A stretch of DNA of 64,000 bases from Candidatus Latescibacterota bacterium. GTDB lineage: Bacteria; Latescibacterota; UBA2968; UBA8231. Location of the stretch: positions 6,496,001-6,560,000 of the forward strand of contig CBDETY010000003.1 in assembly GCA_965243025.1 (NCBI GenBank), written 5' to 3'. This document shows, piece by piece, positions 60,484 through 64,000 of this stretch (positions are counted from its first letter, which is position 1; every line of letters starts with the position of its first letter). A program made the translations under genes and the position numbers. The notes below the pieces were generated by a model, which was not told where the DNA came from, did no database searches, and saw only the letters and a program-made list of their open reading frames with translations.

Positions 60484-61437
60484 ATGAATCGTACCGCGAC
60501 TGTTGCACTGGTCAGCTACAGCCCGGTTGCGGGCGATGCTCCTGACCGGCTGGCCAAAACCCTCGAGAAAATGGGGATGCACATAACCCAGGCCGCCGCA
60601 CAAAAGGCCGATCTCGTGGTCTTTCCGGAGATCTGCTCTTATCTGGGTGCGCCCGACGCGTGGGTCTTTGAAGAGCTCGACGGGCCCACGGTTACGGCTA
60701 TGGCCGCTGCCGCCCGCACCCATTCGGTGTACGTTGTAATTCCGCAGGCCATCATGGAAGGCGGCAAGCGCCGCAACAGTTCCATCCTGATCGACCGGAC
60801 GGGCGAGATAGTTGGCGTGTATCACAAAAACGTGCCGACCCATCCAGAGCTGGACCTGGGCATCATCCCCGGCACTGAGACGCCTGTTTTTGAAACCGAC
60901 TTTGGCCGCCTCGCTTTGACCATCTGTTTTGATATCAACTACTGGGAAGTAGGACATGCAACCTGCGCTAACTGCCCCGAGCTGGTCGTCTGGTCATCCA
61001 TGTGGACGGGCGTGCGGATGATGAGCCGCTGGGCAATTGAGTTTGGTTTTTATATGGCGGGGGTATTTGCCGGCGGCGGCTCGTTTATTGATCCGGCCGG
61101 GAGGCTCATTTGCAGTGCGCCGCGCCGGACCAGCGATGCGACCGGCATGGCACCGCTGATCACTGCCAGGCTTGATCTGGATATGCGGGTGGTACATCAC
61201 GACGGCAACATCCAGCGCGTGCGGTCCTTGTTTGAGCGGTACGGTCCTGGCGCTGCAACGGCGGAGCATCTTGGTGACGAGTGTCTGTTGACGCTGCGCT
61301 CTTACTTGCCGCACAAGAGCACCGATGAATTAATCGCGGAGTTCGAGATCGAGCCGATGCGCGATTATCTGGCCAGGGTGCGTCGCGACCGGCAGCGCGC
61401 TCTGGACGGAACCTACCCGACTTCCCCCCATAGATGA
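60484..61437 (+). CDS. Carbon-nitrogen hydrolase (nitrilase superfamily)
   Basis: DLVVFPE, RNSS, YHK, ICFD catalytic triad motifs. Confidence 0.88.
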   Translation: MNRTATVALVSYSPVAGDAPDRLAKTLEKMGMHITQAAAQKADLVVFPEICSYLGAPDAWVFEELDGPTVTAMAAAARTHSVYVVIPQAIMEGGKRRNSSILIDRTGEIVGVYHKNVPTHPELDLGIIPGTETPVFETDFGRLALTICFDINYWEVGHATCANCPELVVWSSMWTGVRMMSRWAIEFGFYMAGVFAGGGSFIDPAGRLICSAPRRTSDATGMAPLITARLDLDMRVVHHDGNIQRVRSLFERYGPGAATAEHLGDECLLTLRSYLPHKSTDELIAEFEIEPMRDYLARVRRDRQRALDGTYPTSPHR

Positions 61438-61620
61438 GCAGGTAAGAATGCATGGATTTCACGAAAAAAGGTGATCGCTGCCTCTTTTTGAATCGCGGTC
61501 CTTGTTTCTCATCTTGTTCCGGGCTAAGATGATGGTACTCACAGGCGCGTCCGCGCACCTCGTGACAATCCGCCACGACACAACCCGGCGGCCGCGCCAC
61601 GTCACCCAGAGGAGGACGCC

Positions 61621-62577
61621 ATGCGCCCAGCCCTTCTTGTCGCCCTGGGTCTGGTCGGCACGCTGCTCGCGACCAACAGCCAAGCCCAGTGGGAAGACAC
61701 CAAGGTGTACCAGCTCCATAAATTCACCCAACCGCCGGTGCTGGACGGCAACCGCGCCACCGTGTCAGACGAGTGGGCCAACACCTTGGAACTGGAGTGC
61801 TCGCCCGAGGTCGTACTCGCAGACGGCGCCGAGTACGGATGGCGGGATGCCGAGTTACATGTAGGTAATATCAGCGCCAACCAGCTGAACCAGAGCGCGG
61901 GGGAGGACGGGACCATAGCCCGCACGAGCGACGACCTGTCCAGCGTAATCTGGCACGCCTGGGATGAGGACGCCTTCTATTTCTTCACCGAAGTCCGCGA
62001 CAACGTTCGCGACGTCGTCGGCGGCGGCGGCGACCCGACAGCGTGGTGGGAGCGCGACAGTTTGACCCTCATCCTCGATCTCCTCAACGAGGATGTCGGC
62101 GGGGCCGCTTTCGGGGAAAGAAACAACCAGAACTGGGTCAACTACGTCGCGGCGCCGCAGAACTCCAGCTCTGTGACCCGCACGCTCGGGGTCACCGTAC
62201 AGACGGCAATTGAGAATACTCAGGACGAGGATCTGCTCGAGGGCCTGGAGTATGGCTTCCGCGACGCCGGCGACGAGTTCGGCGGCGAAGCCGATTACGC
62301 GATCGAGGGCAAGATCAGCTGGGAGACGCTGGTGCGGGGCGGGAACCTGCCGCGCGCCCCGTCCGTGGGAGAGGAGATGGGTTTCAGCTGGATTCCCGTC
62401 GACCCGGACAACGACGAGGCTTACGGCGGCCAGCTGCAGTGCGAAGGATTCATTCCCAACCAGGCAACTTACTCCACCTGGATCTTTTCCGACATCGCCG
62501 CCGGACCGGGTTCTTCTTCTGCCACGGCCGTGGAGGAGGACAGCTGGGCGCGAATCAAGGCCTCTTTCGCGCAATAG
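61621..62577 (+). CDS. Secreted CBM9/DOMON-like sugar-binding protein with SWxxIK tail (copy 2)
   Basis: Close paralogue of 41404..42375 (KFTQPPVLDG, LECSP, SANQL, WWERDS, GFRDAGDEFGGEADY); SD ggagg. Confidence 0.78.
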   Translation: MRPALLVALGLVGTLLATNSQAQWEDTKVYQLHKFTQPPVLDGNRATVSDEWANTLELECSPEVVLADGAEYGWRDAELHVGNISANQLNQSAGEDGTIARTSDDLSSVIWHAWDEDAFYFFTEVRDNVRDVVGGGGDPTAWWERDSLTLILDLLNEDVGGAAFGERNNQNWVNYVAAPQNSSSVTRTLGVTVQTAIENTQDEDLLEGLEYGFRDAGDEFGGEADYAIEGKISWETLVRGGNLPRAPSVGEEMGFSWIPVDPDNDEAYGGQLQCEGFIPNQATYSTWIFSDIAAGPGSSSATAVEEDSWARIKASFAQ

Positions 62578-62610
62578 TAATCCGGGAGACGCCTCTCCTG
62601 AACTTCTACG

Positions 62611-62645
62611 TGCCCCGGTAGTCGTCTGTGCCGGCTGCCGGGGCA
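62611..62645 (+). other. 14-bp stem-loop between binding-protein and transporter genes
   Basis: tgccccggtagtcg-7 nt-cggctgccggggca, fully paired with G-U. Confidence 0.7.
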
Positions 62646-62877
62646 TCTCTGTACGCGCCAGCTCCCACGCCCGGGCAGCCGCTGCCCGGTTCCGGGGGAT
62701 CTCACGGGAATCGCGACAATGCCTGCGCCCGGGCGACCCCCCGCCAATCGGAATGTAGAAGACGCGCGGGGGAGCCACTGGCCGCCCCCGCCTCCCGGGC
62801 ACTGACGCCTGGCGCCGCCGTCCACGCGGTGGGTGGACTCACCTGACCGAGCTGTATTGAGCGTGTCATTCCCACCG

Positions 62878-64000
62878 ATGCAGCCGGGCGCCGCCGCGGA
62901 ACGCTCCCCGGACCCGGCGGCCAGATCCCACTCCGGGCTTACCTGGCGCTCTCTGCTCCTGGGGCTCATCCAGGTATTCATAGTCTGCGCCGGCGCTCCG
63001 TTTTCGCTGTGGGTGGTGGGTGCGTCGGAGATCACCTGGTCCTACTTCCCCGTCGGCGTGGGCTTTCCCTTCCTGTGCCTGGTTCTCGTCAACAGCCTGT
63101 TGAGAACCCTCGGACCCGGCTGGGCTCTGCAGCCGGCCGAGCTCATCACCATCGCCGTCATGGGACTGGTGGTAACGGGCATACCCATCTTCATGGTCGG
63201 GTATGTGATGGCCATCCCCACGACTCCCCACTACTTCGCATCCCCCGAGAACCAGTGGGGGGAACACGTCTTGCCGCACCTGCCGTCGTGGCTCGTACCG
63301 AGCAACGAGGCCAATGCAATGGCCTGGTTCTTCGAGGGCCTTCCACTGGGCGAGCCGGTGCCGTGGGCGGCTCTCTTCCAGGCCTGGGTCATGCCTCTGT
63401 TCTGGTGGTTGACCTTCATCTGGACCCTCTACCTGGTGTCCTTCTGCATGGTCGTAGTCATGCGCAGGCAGTGGGTGGAGCGGGAACGTCTGGCGTTTCC
63501 CCTCATGCAGGTGCCTCGAGCCCTGGTGGAAGACCTGGGAGGATTTTCTCGATTCCCTCCTCTCTTGAGCCAGAAGTTGTTCTGGGCCGGGGCATCGATC
63601 CCCCTTGCCCTGATCCTGTGGAACGTGGCCGGGTACTTCCTCCACTACCTTCCCGCCATACCCTATCAGTACGTCGTGGACATCGGCCGGGACTTTCCCC
63701 CGCTGAACATCAGTCTCAACGGTCCTATCATCGGCATCACATACTTTGCCAACCTCAACGTATCGTTCAGCATCTGGTTCTTCTACCTCCTGACCATGGT
63801 CCAGGAGGGCCTGTTCAACCGGTTCGGGATGGGGATTACCGGCACCGACACCTTCGTCTGGGGCCTGCCATCGACATCCTGGCAGAGCTGGGGTGCCTTC
63901 GTCGTGATGGTCCTGTGGGGATTGTGGCGGGCGCGCAGCCATCTCGGCGACGTGGCGCGCAAGGCGTGGCGGCCCGATCACGCGGTGGACGATACACGCG
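62878..64000 (+). CDS. DUF6785 multi-TM putative transporter (copy 2, runs off window)
   Basis: MQPGAA...SGLTWRSLLLGL...HYFASPENQWG...QWVERERLAFP...SFSIWFFYLL; paralogue of 42509..44530. Confidence 0.8.
   Translation, partial: MQPGAAAERSPDPAARSHSGLTWRSLLLGLIQVFIVCAGAPFSLWVVGASEITWSYFPVGVGFPFLCLVLVNSLLRTLGPGWALQPAELITIAVMGLVVTGIPIFMVGYVMAIPTTPHYFASPENQWGEHVLPHLPSWLVPSNEANAMAWFFEGLPLGEPVPWAALFQAWVMPLFWWLTFIWTLYLVSFCMVVVMRRQWVERERLAFPLMQVPRALVEDLGGFSRFPPLLSQKLFWAGASIPLALILWNVAGYFLHYLPAIPYQYVVDIGRDFPPLNISLNGPIIGITYFANLNVSFSIWFFYLLTMVQEGLFNRFGMGITGTDTFVWGLPSTSWQSWGAFVVMVLWGLWRARSHLGDVARKAWRPDHAVDDTR

Overview
High-GC bacterial chromosomal window. Gene content and protein families (PNPFN/FlgD-type C-terminal sorting domains, DUF6785 transporters, CBM9-like and orphan glycoside-hydrolase-like proteins, stand-alone Cache proteins) suggest an FCB-group organism such as Ca. 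Latescibacterota, possibly host (sponge) associated; this placement is inference only. Layout: (1) 1-3.9 kb, secreted proteins including a decayed M9-collagenase-like gene; (2) 4-27 kb, housekeeping core: xerD-uvrC, RlmI-like methylase, HD hydrolase divergent from ndk-yceD-rpmF-fabH-fabD-fabG-acpP-fabF-rnc-lipoate ligase-oppDF-ppiD-dehydrogenase-nadK, then prpD, MBL hydrolase, rhaM, CysE-like; (3) a lower-GC AAA-ATPase + DUF4276 pair; (4) 29-64 kb, catabolic/accessory region with ceramidase-like paralogues, an aminotransferase, orphan GH-like proteins, sulfatase and IS91 remnants and large secreted FlgD-CTD proteins. Two candidate systems stand out. First, a short C-terminal motif T[SA][IV][EQ]xxSW[GA]xIK ends four proteins from three unrelated families and takes the place of a T9SS-like CTD on paralogous Cache proteins, which makes it a candidate sorting signal. 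Second, a two-gene cassette occurs twice: a secreted CBM9-like protein bearing that motif, a strong stem-loop, then a DUF6785/6784 multi-TM transporter, a candidate binding-protein/transporter uptake system. No rRNA, tRNA or CRISPR array was recognised. All family assignments come from motif recognition by eye, not from database searches.
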